64,000 nucleotides of DNA from Longimicrobiales bacterium (lineage in GTDB: Bacteria > Gemmatimonadota > Gemmatimonadetes > Longimicrobiales > RSA9). Shown here piece after piece: positions 39,744 through 47,734 of the stretch; positions within the stretch are counted from its first letter, which is position 1; the number at the start of each line of letters is the position of its first letter. The notes beneath the pieces are model-generated. The model was not told where the DNA came from, made no database searches, and saw only the letters and a program-made list of their open reading frames with translations. The position numbers were made by a program, and so were the translations under genes. The stretch is from the NCBI GenBank assembly GCA_036381495.1, contig DASVCS010000032.1:10448-74447 (forward strand). The letters are read 5' to 3'.

Positions 39744-41348
39744 TCACGCTCCCGTCGTTGGCCCCGCGTCGTCGCGCCGCCGCCGCGTCTCCACCTCGCG
39801 AATCGGCATCGAATCCGCCCAGTCCGCCTCCAGGTGCGGGAGGAGGCGCTCGAGCGCCACGCCCCGCGACCCCTTCAGCAACACGACCTCCTCGCCCGTC
39901 AAACGGCGCGCCAACAGCGGGTAGGCATCCAGTGGATCCTCCTCCCGCACCAGTCGCGCACCCAGCGAATCCGCCAGCGGCTCGAACGCCGCAACGAACT
40001 CGCCCGTCGCCACGATCAGATCCACGGCCGCCGCCGACACCGCCTCCGCCGTCCGCCGGTGCAGTTCCGCGCTCCCGGACCCCAGCTCCCGCATGGTCCC
40101 GAGCACCGCAACCCGCCCGCCGCCGCGCGGCAGCGAGATCAGCAGGTCCACGGCCGCGGCGACACTCGCCGGATTCGCGTTGTAGCAGTCCACGATCACG
40201 GTCAGACCACCGACCCGCCGGATCTCCGCCCGCATCGCCGCCGGTGCCACCGTGGCCACTGCGGCCGCCGCAGCCGCCTCATCCACGCCCCACTCCGCGC
40301 CCAAGCCCAGCGCCAGCAACGCATTACGCGCGTTCGGCCGCCCATGTAGCGACAGCCGCACCTCGTGGCCACGCCAGTAGAACCGCGCCCGCCCCGCCTC
40401 ATCCAGCGCGAGCGACTCGGCACGGAACTGCGGGTCCGCGCGCTCGGTCCAGCCCGCGACCGCGACGCGCGGCGCCAGTTCTCGCGCCCGCTCCACCAGC
40501 ACCGCGGGATCGTCCGCCACCAACGCGAACCCCTCCGGTCGCAACGCCGGCAACATCGACGTCTCCTCGCGCAACACGCCCTCGAGGTCGCCCAGCCCTT
40601 CGAGGTGCTCCTCCGCGATCCCCGTGATGATCACGGCGTCCGGCTCGAGAATCGTCGCCAGTTCGGCGATCTCGCCCGGGATGTTCGTGCCGGCCTCGAC
40701 GACGAGCGCCTCCGTCTCCGCCGGCGCCGCGAGCACCGTCAGCGGCACGCCGATGCGGTTGTTCAGGTTGCCCTTCGTCGCGTGCACGCGATAGCGCGTT
40801 TCCAGAACGACGCGCGCGAGTTCCTTCGTCGTCGTCTTTCCGTTGCTGCCGACGATGGCGCAGACCCGCGCGCCCAAGTGCACCCGGTAGTGCCGCGCCA
40901 GGCGCCCGAGCGCGACCAGGGTGTCCGGGACGACGTAGTAGACCAGATCCTCGGGCGCACCGTCCGGCACCCGGTCGACGACGGCGCCGCGCGCACCCTT
41001 CGCGGCCGCTTCGCCCAGAAACTCGTGCGCGTCGAACCGCTCGCCTCGCAGCGCGACGAACAGCGCGCCCTCCGTGAGCGTCCGCGTATCCGTCGCGACA
41101 GCCGTGAAATAAGGGCTGGGGCTGGGGCTGGGGCTAGGGCTAGGTGGAGTCCCTCGTCCCTTTCCGTGCGTGAGCGCGTGCGCGACCGCCCCCGAGCCCG
41201 TTCCGGTCCCACGCGGCGCAACCGCCGCTCCCGTTCCCGGCTGTTCCCCAGCCCCAGCCCTAGCCCTAGCCCCAGCCCTAACGTGCCGGCGCTCCGCGCC
41301 GCCCCCCAGCGCCTCGCGCACCGCTGCATCCGTCCAGAAGCCGTTCAC
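39744..41348 (-). CDS. murF: UDP-N-acetylmuramoyl-tripeptide--D-alanyl-D-alanine ligase, carrying an in-frame repeat-element insertion
   Basis: Mur ligase motifs (GSNGKTTTKEL and others). At 534 aa it is about 60-80 aa longer than typical MurF, owing to a low-complexity insert between ALGGGAERRH and YFTAVATDTRTL. Confidence 0.9.
   Translation of the reverse strand: MNGFWTDAAVREALGGGAERRHVRAGARARAGAGEQPGTGAAVAPRGTGTGSGAVAHALTHGKGRGTPPSPSPSPSPSPYFTAVATDTRTLTEGALFVALRGERFDAHEFLGEAAAKGARGAVVDRVPDGAPEDLVYYVVPDTLVALGRLARHYRVHLGARVCAIVGSNGKTTTKELARVVLETRYRVHATKGNLNNRIGVPLTVLAAPAETEALVVEAGTNIPGEIAELATILEPDAVIITGIAEEHLEGLGDLEGVLREETSMLPALRPEGFALVADDPAVLVERARELAPRVAVAGWTERADPQFRAESLALDEAGRARFYWRGHEVRLSLHGRPNARNALLALGLGAEWGVDEAAAAAAVATVAPAAMRAEIRRVGGLTVIVDCYNANPASVAAAVDLLISLPRGGGRVAVLGTMRELGSGSAELHRRTAEAVSAAAVDLIVATGEFVAAFEPLADSLGARLVREEDPLDAYPLLARRLTGEEVVLLKGSRGVALERLLPHLEADWADSMPIREVETRRRRDDAGPTTGA
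41111..41281. mobile_element. MITE-like member of the G-tract repeat family (R4) inserted in frame in murF
   Basis: Inverted hexamer-tract termini: AAGGGCTGGGGCTGGGGCTGGGGCTAGGGCTAGG (41111-41144) and CCCCAGCCCCAGCCCTAGCCCTAGCCCCAGCCCTAA (41246-41281). The interior is alignable to R1/R2 modules (gggaacgggagcggcggttgcgccgcgtgg; cgcgcacgcgctcacgcacgg). It is ~171 bp (57 codons) with no stop in the murF frame. Confidence 0.75.
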
Positions 41349-42850
41349 GCGGTCACCTCCCGGACGCCGTCGGCCAGGAGCTTGCGCACGACTTCGCGCT
41401 CGTCGAACGGGATCTTCTGCTTCCCCACGATCTGATACGTCTCGTGCCCCTTGCCGGCGAGGAGCACCATGTCTTCGGCGCGCGCCGATCCCAGTGCCCG
41501 TGCGATCGCCGCCCGGCGGTCCGGGATCCGGATGTAGTCGCCGCGCGGCATCCCCGCCACGATCTCGTCGATGATCGCCTCGGGATCCTCCGTCCGCGGG
41601 TTGTCCGACGTCACGATCGCGATGTCGGCGAGACGTTCCGCCACGGCGCCCATCATCGGCCGCTTGCCGCGGTCACGCTCGCCGCCGGCGCCGAAGACGA
41701 GGATGAGGCGGCCGGGCACCAGCGGCCGCAGCGCACGCAGCGCCTGCTCGAGGGCGTACGGCTTGTGGGCGTAGTCGGTCAGCACCGGGCAGGGCGCGTC
41801 GGCGATCCGCTCGAGCCGCCCGGGCACCTGTGGCACGGTGTGCAGCCGCTCCGCGATCTCGTCGAGCCCGAGCCCGAGCGCGTGGCACGCCGCCGCCGCG
41901 GCCAGCGCGTTCTGGACGTTGAACGCGCCCAGGAGCGGCAGCTCGACGGGGACGGCGCCCACCGGCGTGAGCAGCCGGAAGCGGGCACCGAACGCGCCGA
42001 GCACGACCTCCTCCGCCCGCACATCGGCATCCGCGGCCGTCAGCGCGAACCGGAGCGCACGCGGCGCCTGCTCGGCCAGCCCCGTCCAGGCCGGATCCTC
42101 CGCGTTCACCACGGCCACGCCGTCGGGCCGGAGCCGCTCGACCAGCGACCGCTTCGCCGCACGGTACGCCTCCTCCGTCCCGTGGTAGTCCAGGTGGTCG
42201 CGCGTCAGGTTGATGAAGATCGCGGCATCGAAGTGGAGTGCGTAGACGCGTCCCTGCTCGAGTGCGTGGGACGAGACCTCGGCCGCCAGTGCCTGCGTGC
42301 CCCGGTCCCGCAGCGCGCGCAGCGTTCGCGCCAGCTCCACCGGGCCGGGCGTCGTCAGCGAATCGCTCCCGGGCAGCGGCCGGCCATCGTCGAGGATCGC
42401 GCCCAGCGTCCCGAGCGATGCCGCCGCGTGCCGCGCACCCAGCAGGTGTCGCAGCAACCAGACGGTCGTCGTCTTCCCGTTCGTGCCGGTCACGCCGATG
42501 AGCATCATTTCGGCCGCGGGATCGCCGTACGCCAGCGCCGCCGCGAGCGCGGCCGCGCGCCGGCCATCCCGGACCACCACCTGGGGCAGCTCGCTCCCGT
42601 CGACGGGCCGCTCGACCAGCGCCGCAGCCGCACCCGCGGACTCCGCGACCGGTACGAAGGCGTGCGCATCCGCAGTGGTCCCGGCCCACGCACAGAACAG
42701 CTCGCCGCGCTGAACCCGGCGACTGTCATCCGCAATGCCCGTCAGCATGGGATCCGCCGCCGGCCGCGTGACCAGCAGTCCCGCCCGTTCCAGTCGCTCC
42801 ACCACTTCCGCAAGGCGGAACGGCTGCGCCGTCGGATGCCGCGCGCTCAA
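41345..42850 (-). CDS. murE: UDP-N-acetylmuramoyl-L-alanyl-D-glutamate--2,6-diaminopimelate ligase
   Basis: Mur ligase (GVTGTNGKTTT). The DNPR motif (TSDNPRTEDP) suggests meso-DAP specificity. Confidence 0.9.
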   Translation of the reverse strand: MSARHPTAQPFRLAEVVERLERAGLLVTRPAADPMLTGIADDSRRVQRGELFCAWAGTTADAHAFVPVAESAGAAAALVERPVDGSELPQVVVRDGRRAAALAAALAYGDPAAEMMLIGVTGTNGKTTTVWLLRHLLGARHAAASLGTLGAILDDGRPLPGSDSLTTPGPVELARTLRALRDRGTQALAAEVSSHALEQGRVYALHFDAAIFINLTRDHLDYHGTEEAYRAAKRSLVERLRPDGVAVVNAEDPAWTGLAEQAPRALRFALTAADADVRAEEVVLGAFGARFRLLTPVGAVPVELPLLGAFNVQNALAAAAACHALGLGLDEIAERLHTVPQVPGRLERIADAPCPVLTDYAHKPYALEQALRALRPLVPGRLILVFGAGGERDRGKRPMMGAVAERLADIAIVTSDNPRTEDPEAIIDEIVAGMPRGDYIRIPDRRAAIARALGSARAEDMVLLAGKGHETYQIVGKQKIPFDEREVVRKLLADGVREVTA

Positions 42851-44859
42851 CTCGCCCCCCCGCCCGCGCGCACCCGGACCACGCTGCCCCGCGCCGCCGA
42901 CCGACCCGCCGCCGGCGCCGTGGATCGAACCGTGCCGCTCCCCTCGACCCGCACCTGGAACCCCTGACGGTGCAACCGCCGCACCGCATCCCTCAGCGCC
43001 AGACCCCGGACGTCCGGAACGGCGCGACGATCATCGGAGGCGCCGCCCGCAAACGGCTCGACCGGCCTCGCATCCATGGCGAAGATGAACGGCCCCGCCA
43101 CCGGCGCCGTCGCGCCGGTCTCGATGTGAGGCAACACCGCGCGTGCACGGCGCGCTCGCTCGTCCGGGCCCGCCGCCGCCGTCGATTCCGCCGCCGCCGC
43201 GACCACCGCGCGCCGATCCAGCGCCGTGCTCCGCGCCGCCAGCGCCGCGGCGAGCGTGGCGCGCGTCACCGGCGCCGCCGCGGTACCGCCGTAGTAGGTA
43301 CCCTTCGGGTGATCGAGCTTCACCAGGAACGTGAGCTGCGGGTCCGCCGCCGGAAAGAATCCCGCGAACGACGCCGTGTACCAGCCCTCACCGTACCGGC
43401 CGGCATGGTAGCGCCGCGCCGTCCCCGTCTTGCCCGCAACCCGGAACACGCCGAGATCCGCCGCCTGTCCTGTCCCGGCTTCCACCACATCCACCAGCAC
43501 CGCGCTGACCGCTCGCGCGACTTCCGCCGGAACCACACGCCGCACCGGTTGCGGCTCCGACCGGAACAGCGTCCGCCCCCCACGCGACCGCACCTCGCGC
43601 ACCAGGTGCGGCTCCATCAGCACACCACCGTTCGCCAGCGCGCCGTACGCCATCACCATCTGCAACGGCGTCACCCCGATCTCGTACCCGATCGCCAGGC
43701 TGCTCTGCGAATAGCCCGACCACTGGTCCGGTCGCCGCAACACCCCCGCCGCCTCCGACGGGTACGTGATCCCCGTCGGAGTGCCGAAGCCGAAGTCACG
43801 CAGATACGCGTACTGCTCCTCCGGCTCCAACCGATGCGCCACCTTCGCCATCGCGATGTTCGACGAGAGTCGCAGAGCATCCCGCAACGTCAACCAACCA
43901 TAAGGATGGGAGTCCTCGATCGTGCGCCCACCGCGCACGTAACGGCCCTCCTCCGCAAAAATGCTGTCCGAGAGCTCCGCCCGCCCCTCCGCCAGCAGCG
44001 CGGAGACGAGGAACGGCTTCAGCGTCGAGCCCGGCTCGTACGGCTCCGTCACCGCACGCCACGAACGCACGGCCGACCCCCGCCGGCTCACCGCCGCCAG
44101 GATCTCCCCCGTCTGCGGGTCCGCCAACACCAGATCCCCGCCGGCCGCGTCCGTCTCTTCGATCGCGTGGCGCAGCGCACCCTCCGCGATCTCCTGGAGA
44201 TGCACATCGAGCGTCAGGACCAGGTCCCGGCCCGCCACCGGATCGACCACCGTGACGCGCGACCCCGGAATCGACCGCCCCCGCGCATCCCGGCGCGCCA
44301 CCGCCGCCCCCGGCCGCCCGCTCAGCAGCGAATCGAATTCCAGCTCGAGGCCGCCCAGCGCCTGACCATCCGCCGACACCCTGCCGATCAGCTCGAGCGC
44401 CACATCACCGTGCGGATACGACCGCTCGACCACCCGCTCGAGGTAGATCCCGGGCTCCCCCTCGAGTCGCGGCCGCACCGACGCATCGTGCCGCCCCGGA
44501 AGCACCACCCACCGGCGCGCCGGATCCGTCGCACGCGCCGCCGCCGCCGCCGACAACCCCAACACCTCCCGCAGACGTTGCGCCACCGCCGCCCGGTCCC
44601 GCAGCTCCCGCGGCGCCACCGACACCCGCACCACCTCCCGGCTCACCGCCAGCGGAATCCCGTTCCGATCGTAGATCGTCCCCCGCGGCGCCGGTAGCAC
44701 CATCTTCTCCTGGTGCTGGCCCAGCGCGCGCGCCGCCCAACGCCCACCCTCGATGACCTGGAGCTGGAAGCCGCGGACCAGAACGACCAGCGAACCCACC
44801 ACCAGTCCCATGAGCAACGCCCGCCGGCGCCACGCCTGCCCCCGCCCCGGACGCCTCAC
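42847..44859 (-). CDS. ftsI: Peptidoglycan D,D-transpeptidase FtsI (class B PBP) with C-terminal PASTA-like domain
   Basis: GTG start overlapping the ftsL TGA. It has a TM anchor, a PBP dimer domain, and transpeptidase motifs (STLKP, SSN, KTGT). The C-terminal VPDVRGLALRDAVRRLHRQGFQVRVEGSGTV is PASTA-like. Confidence 0.9.
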   Translation of the reverse strand: MRRPGRGQAWRRRALLMGLVVGSLVVLVRGFQLQVIEGGRWAARALGQHQEKMVLPAPRGTIYDRNGIPLAVSREVVRVSVAPRELRDRAAVAQRLREVLGLSAAAAARATDPARRWVVLPGRHDASVRPRLEGEPGIYLERVVERSYPHGDVALELIGRVSADGQALGGLELEFDSLLSGRPGAAVARRDARGRSIPGSRVTVVDPVAGRDLVLTLDVHLQEIAEGALRHAIEETDAAGGDLVLADPQTGEILAAVSRRGSAVRSWRAVTEPYEPGSTLKPFLVSALLAEGRAELSDSIFAEEGRYVRGGRTIEDSHPYGWLTLRDALRLSSNIAMAKVAHRLEPEEQYAYLRDFGFGTPTGITYPSEAAGVLRRPDQWSGYSQSSLAIGYEIGVTPLQMVMAYGALANGGVLMEPHLVREVRSRGGRTLFRSEPQPVRRVVPAEVARAVSAVLVDVVEAGTGQAADLGVFRVAGKTGTARRYHAGRYGEGWYTASFAGFFPAADPQLTFLVKLDHPKGTYYGGTAAAPVTRATLAAALAARSTALDRRAVVAAAAESTAAAGPDERARRARAVLPHIETGATAPVAGPFIFAMDARPVEPFAGGASDDRRAVPDVRGLALRDAVRRLHRQGFQVRVEGSGTVRSTAPAAGRSAARGSVVRVRAGGGAS

Positions 44860-45179
44860 CGCCCCGTCCCCCTCGCTACACCGTGCCCGAGCGGAAGGAT
44901 CACCATCTCCGATCCCGACGGGACATGCATCCCCAGCCGCTCGCCCGCCACCGCCACCACCCGGCCCCGGCTCTCCAACCGCCGGATCCGGTCCACCAAC
45001 TCCGACCGCTCCGCCTCGAGAATCGCACGCGCATCCCGGACTTCCTCGAGCGCCCTCAGCTTCTCCAGCGCACGGCTCTGCCGCCACACCACCAGACTCA
45101 ACGAGCCCAACAGCGCGGCCAGCGCCAACGCCATCCGGATCACCCCCGGCTGGCCCCGCTTCACGCCGCCTTCCTCCAC
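44856..45179 (-). CDS. ftsL: Cell division protein FtsL
   Basis: 107 aa with a single TM (IRMALALAALLGSLSLVVW) followed by a coiled coil, between rsmH and ftsI. Confidence 0.7.
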   Translation of the reverse strand: MEEGGVKRGQPGVIRMALALAALLGSLSLVVWRQSRALEKLRALEEVRDARAILEAERSELVDRIRRLESRGRVVAVAGERLGMHVPSGSEMVILPLGHGVARGTGR

Positions 45180-46087
45180 GCACGCAGCCGCACGCTCCGC
45201 GCGCGCGGATTCGCTCGCACCTCCGCCTCCGATGCCTGCACCGGCCGCCGCGTCAACACCTCACCGAGCGGCACCCCGCGACACCGACACACCGGCAACT
45301 CCGGCGGACAGATGCACCCGCGGCTCCACTCCCGGAACGCCACCTTCACGCGCCGATCCTCCAGCGAATGGTACGACAGCACCACCATCACCCCACCGCC
45401 ACCCAACCGCTCCCGCAACAGCGGCAACGCACGATCCAGTGCGCCCAATTCGTCGTTCACAGCGATCCGCAACGACTGGAAGATCCGCGCACGGTCCTGC
45501 ATGCGCAGCCGAGGCCCGAACACCTCCTCCAGTACCGCCAGCAGATCGTCGCTCCACTCGAACGGCGCCACGCGACGCCGCGCCACCACCGCCGCCGCCA
45601 GGCGCCGCGACCTGCGCTCCTCGCCGTACCGGTAGAACAGATCCGCCAACTCCGACTCCGACAGCTCGTTCAACAGATCCGCCGCCGTCGCGCCACCCCC
45701 CGCCGCACCCGCCATCCGCATGTCCAGCCGCGTCCCCGGCCGGAACGAAAACCCACGCGCCGCCTCATCCACCTGCCGCCACGAAAGCCCCAGATCCAGC
45801 AGCACCCCCGCCAGCGGACCCTCGACCACCGCCGCAGCATCCGCAAAATTCGCGTGCAACAGCTCCACCCGCTCACCGAACCGCGCCAGCCGTCTCGCCG
45901 CCACTTCCAGCGCCTCCGCGTCCTGATCCACTCCGATCACCCGCGCCCCACTCCCCGCCTCCAGGATCGCCTCGCTATGACCCCCGTCTCCTACCGTCCC
46001 ATCGAAATACACCCCGCCCCGCTCTGGACGCAGCCACTCCAGTACCTCACGCACCAGCACGGGGACATGGCGAACATCACCCGTCAC
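45161..46087 (-). CDS. rsmH: 16S rRNA (cytosine1402-N4)-methyltransferase
   Basis: HVPVLVREVLEWL, DGTVGDGGHSEAIL, DLGLSWRQVD, SYHSLEDRRVK. Start (GTG 46087) inferred 4 nt after the mraZ stop. Confidence 0.9.
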   Translation of the reverse strand: MTGDVRHVPVLVREVLEWLRPERGGVYFDGTVGDGGHSEAILEAGSGARVIGVDQDAEALEVAARRLARFGERVELLHANFADAAAVVEGPLAGVLLDLGLSWRQVDEAARGFSFRPGTRLDMRMAGAAGGGATAADLLNELSESELADLFYRYGEERRSRRLAAAVVARRRVAPFEWSDDLLAVLEEVFGPRLRMQDRARIFQSLRIAVNDELGALDRALPLLRERLGGGGVMVVLSYHSLEDRRVKVAFREWSRGCICPPELPVCRCRGVPLGEVLTRRPVQASEAEVRANPRARSVRLRAWRKAA

Positions 46088-46091
46088 GTCG

Positions 46092-46520
46092 CTATCGGAA
46101 TATCTGGGGGGCAAACCGCTCGAACTCCCCCGCCTCCGCCCGCACCGCCGCCTCGAATCGCTCCGGATTCCAGATCTCGATCCGGTCGATCGCTCCCACC
46201 AACAACGCCTGCCCATCCAGCTCGGCCGCCTCCTTCAACCGCGCTGGAACCAGGATCCGCCCCTGGCTGTCCGGCACCACCTCCACCGCATTCGCCATCA
46301 CCGACAGCACGTACACCCGCGCCTCCGGCCGATGCCGCACCAGATCCTTCAACCGCTCCTCGACACCCGCCCACTCCGCCTCCGGGTACAACGCCAGCGC
46401 CGGCGGGTGCGCCTGCAACAGCACGAACCGCTGGTCGGGCGCCGTCCGACGAAATGCCGCCGGCAGACTCACCCGCCCCTTCTCATCCAGTTGGTAGGTG
46501 TAACTCCCCAGAAATGTCAT
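46092..46520 (-). CDS. mraZ: Transcriptional regulator MraZ
   Basis: MTFLGSYTYQLDEKGRVSLPAAFR..., with two SpoVT/AbrB-like DXXXR repeats. Start chosen at the conserved MFLG-type N-terminus. Confidence 0.9.
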   Translation of the reverse strand: MTFLGSYTYQLDEKGRVSLPAAFRRTAPDQRFVLLQAHPPALALYPEAEWAGVEERLKDLVRHRPEARVYVLSVMANAVEVVPDSQGRILVPARLKEAAELDGQALLVGAIDRIEIWNPERFEAAVRAEAGEFERFAPQIFR

Positions 46521-46576
46521 TCCCCCGCCTCGGGGTCGGCCCCCTGCACCGGGTAATGGCCGTTGGATCCACTGTT

Positions 46577-46603
46577 CCCCACTGGTCCCCACTGCGCCCC
46601 ACT
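46577..46603 (-). promoter_or_regulatory. MraZ operator: three direct AGTGGGG boxes at 10-bp spacing
   Basis: The minus strand reads AGTGGGGcgcAGTGGGGaccAGTGGGGaac, with a fourth degenerate AGTGGAT. It lies 57-83 nt upstream of mraZ. This matches the known MraZ-box architecture (GTGGG repeats, 10-bp periodicity). Confidence 0.6.
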
Positions 46604-46612
46604 TCGGCCCTC

Positions 46613-46642
46613 AAGCTACGTTCCGCGTCCCACCCGAGTCAA
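46613..46642 (-). promoter_or_regulatory. Candidate sigma-70 promoter of the dcw operon (Pmra)
   Basis: The minus strand reads TTGACT-N18-TAGCTT, immediately upstream of the MraZ boxes. The -10 is weak. Confidence 0.4.
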
Positions 46643-46656
46643 GGACTTTCTCCAAA

Positions 46657-47616
46657 TTGCGGCCGGTCACAGATTTGCATTCGTCGTCCCCCGCGCTGGC
46701 GCGGCCGGTGGCATGGGATGAGGCGTTCGTGGGCTCCAGGATTACGATCATCATGCACCCGCGGCGGGAGCCGACCCGGGTGGATGCGCTGCGGGAGATC
46801 GTGGCCCGTTTGCGTGCGCAAGGACACCGGGTCGCGGTGCGGCTGACCTTCGAGGCGGGAGACGCGGCGCACTTCGCGCGCGAGGCCGTCCGCGCGGGGT
46901 CCGACCTGGTGGTGGCGGCGGGTGGGGATGGCACGCTGAACGAGGTGGTCAACGGCGTGGCGCGGATGCGGCGGCAGCCCCGGATCGGGATCGTGCCGAT
47001 CGGCACCGCGAACGACTTCGCCGCGGGGCTCGGGCTCCCGACCGACATGGACGAGGCGTTTGCCGTGGCGCTCCGCGGGCGGCCGATCGCGGTGGACGTC
47101 GGGTGCGTCAACGGGCGGTACTTCGTGAACGTGTCGACGGGCGGGTTCGGGGCGGAGGCCACGGAGGCGACATCGCCGGAGACGAAGCGGTTCCTCGGCC
47201 CATTCGCGTATCTGGTGACCGGCGTCCGCGAGTTCGTCGAGCTGCACACGGTGTCGGCGCGCTTCGTGGCGGACGGCCGGGTGTTCTACGCCGGAGAGTT
47301 CCTGCTCTTCGCGGTGGGGAACGGGCGGCGGACGGGCGGGGGTAGCGTGCTCACGCCGCGGGCGCGGCTGGACGATGGACGCCTCGACCTCCTGGTGATC
47401 CCGGCGATGCCCCGGCTCGAGTTCCTCGCGCTGCTCCCGGAGGTCCGCGCGGGGACGCACATCGACCACCCTGGCGTCCTCTACACGCAGACGACCTCGA
47501 TCACCGTACGCGCCGCGCGCCCGCTCTCCGTGAACGCCGACGGCGAGCCGCTCCATGCGCGACGACTGCGCTACTCGCTACTCCCCCGGCCCATCACGGT
47601 GATGGCGCCGCGGTGA
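46657..47616 (+). CDS. Diacylglycerol kinase-family lipid kinase (YegS/BmrU-like)
   Basis: DAGK_cat motifs (VVAAGGDGTLNEVVNG, GIVPIGTANDFA) plus the C-terminal accessory domain. The start is uncertain (alternative GTGs at 46708 and 46729). Confidence 0.8.
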   Translation: MRPVTDLHSSSPALARPVAWDEAFVGSRITIIMHPRREPTRVDALREIVARLRAQGHRVAVRLTFEAGDAAHFAREAVRAGSDLVVAAGGDGTLNEVVNGVARMRRQPRIGIVPIGTANDFAAGLGLPTDMDEAFAVALRGRPIAVDVGCVNGRYFVNVSTGGFGAEATEATSPETKRFLGPFAYLVTGVREFVELHTVSARFVADGRVFYAGEFLLFAVGNGRRTGGGSVLTPRARLDDGRLDLLVIPAMPRLEFLALLPEVRAGTHIDHPGVLYTQTTSITVRAARPLSVNADGEPLHARRLRYSLLPRPITVMAPR

Positions 47617-47734
47617 GCGCCTCGAGCCGCACGCGCGCCGCCCGTGCCCGCTCCGGATGGTTCCGGATGTCCGAGGGGCCGGGGCGATCCATCGCCCCGG
47701 CCCCTCGGACCCTGCTGAAAAGCTGCGGCGGGGT

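Noticed and set aside
28017-41281. Hexamer tracts TTAGGGCTAGGGCTGGGG considered as a CRISPR array, telomere-like repeats or a coding Gly-Leu/Pro-Ser repeat protein.
   Set aside because: There is no repeat-spacer periodicity and no cas genes. The tracts are 20-35 bp at internal chromosomal sites. They are read in different frames and strands at different loci, so they are DNA/RNA-level elements and are treated as part of the repeat family.
41828-41843. TGGCACGGTGTGCAGC and other TGGCAC/TTGCA occurrences, searched as sigma-54 promoters for the sigma-54 activator.
   Set aside because: The GG/GC spacing is wrong and the site is inside murE on the non-coding strand. I found no convincing TGGCAC-N5-TTGC site in any intergenic region of the window.
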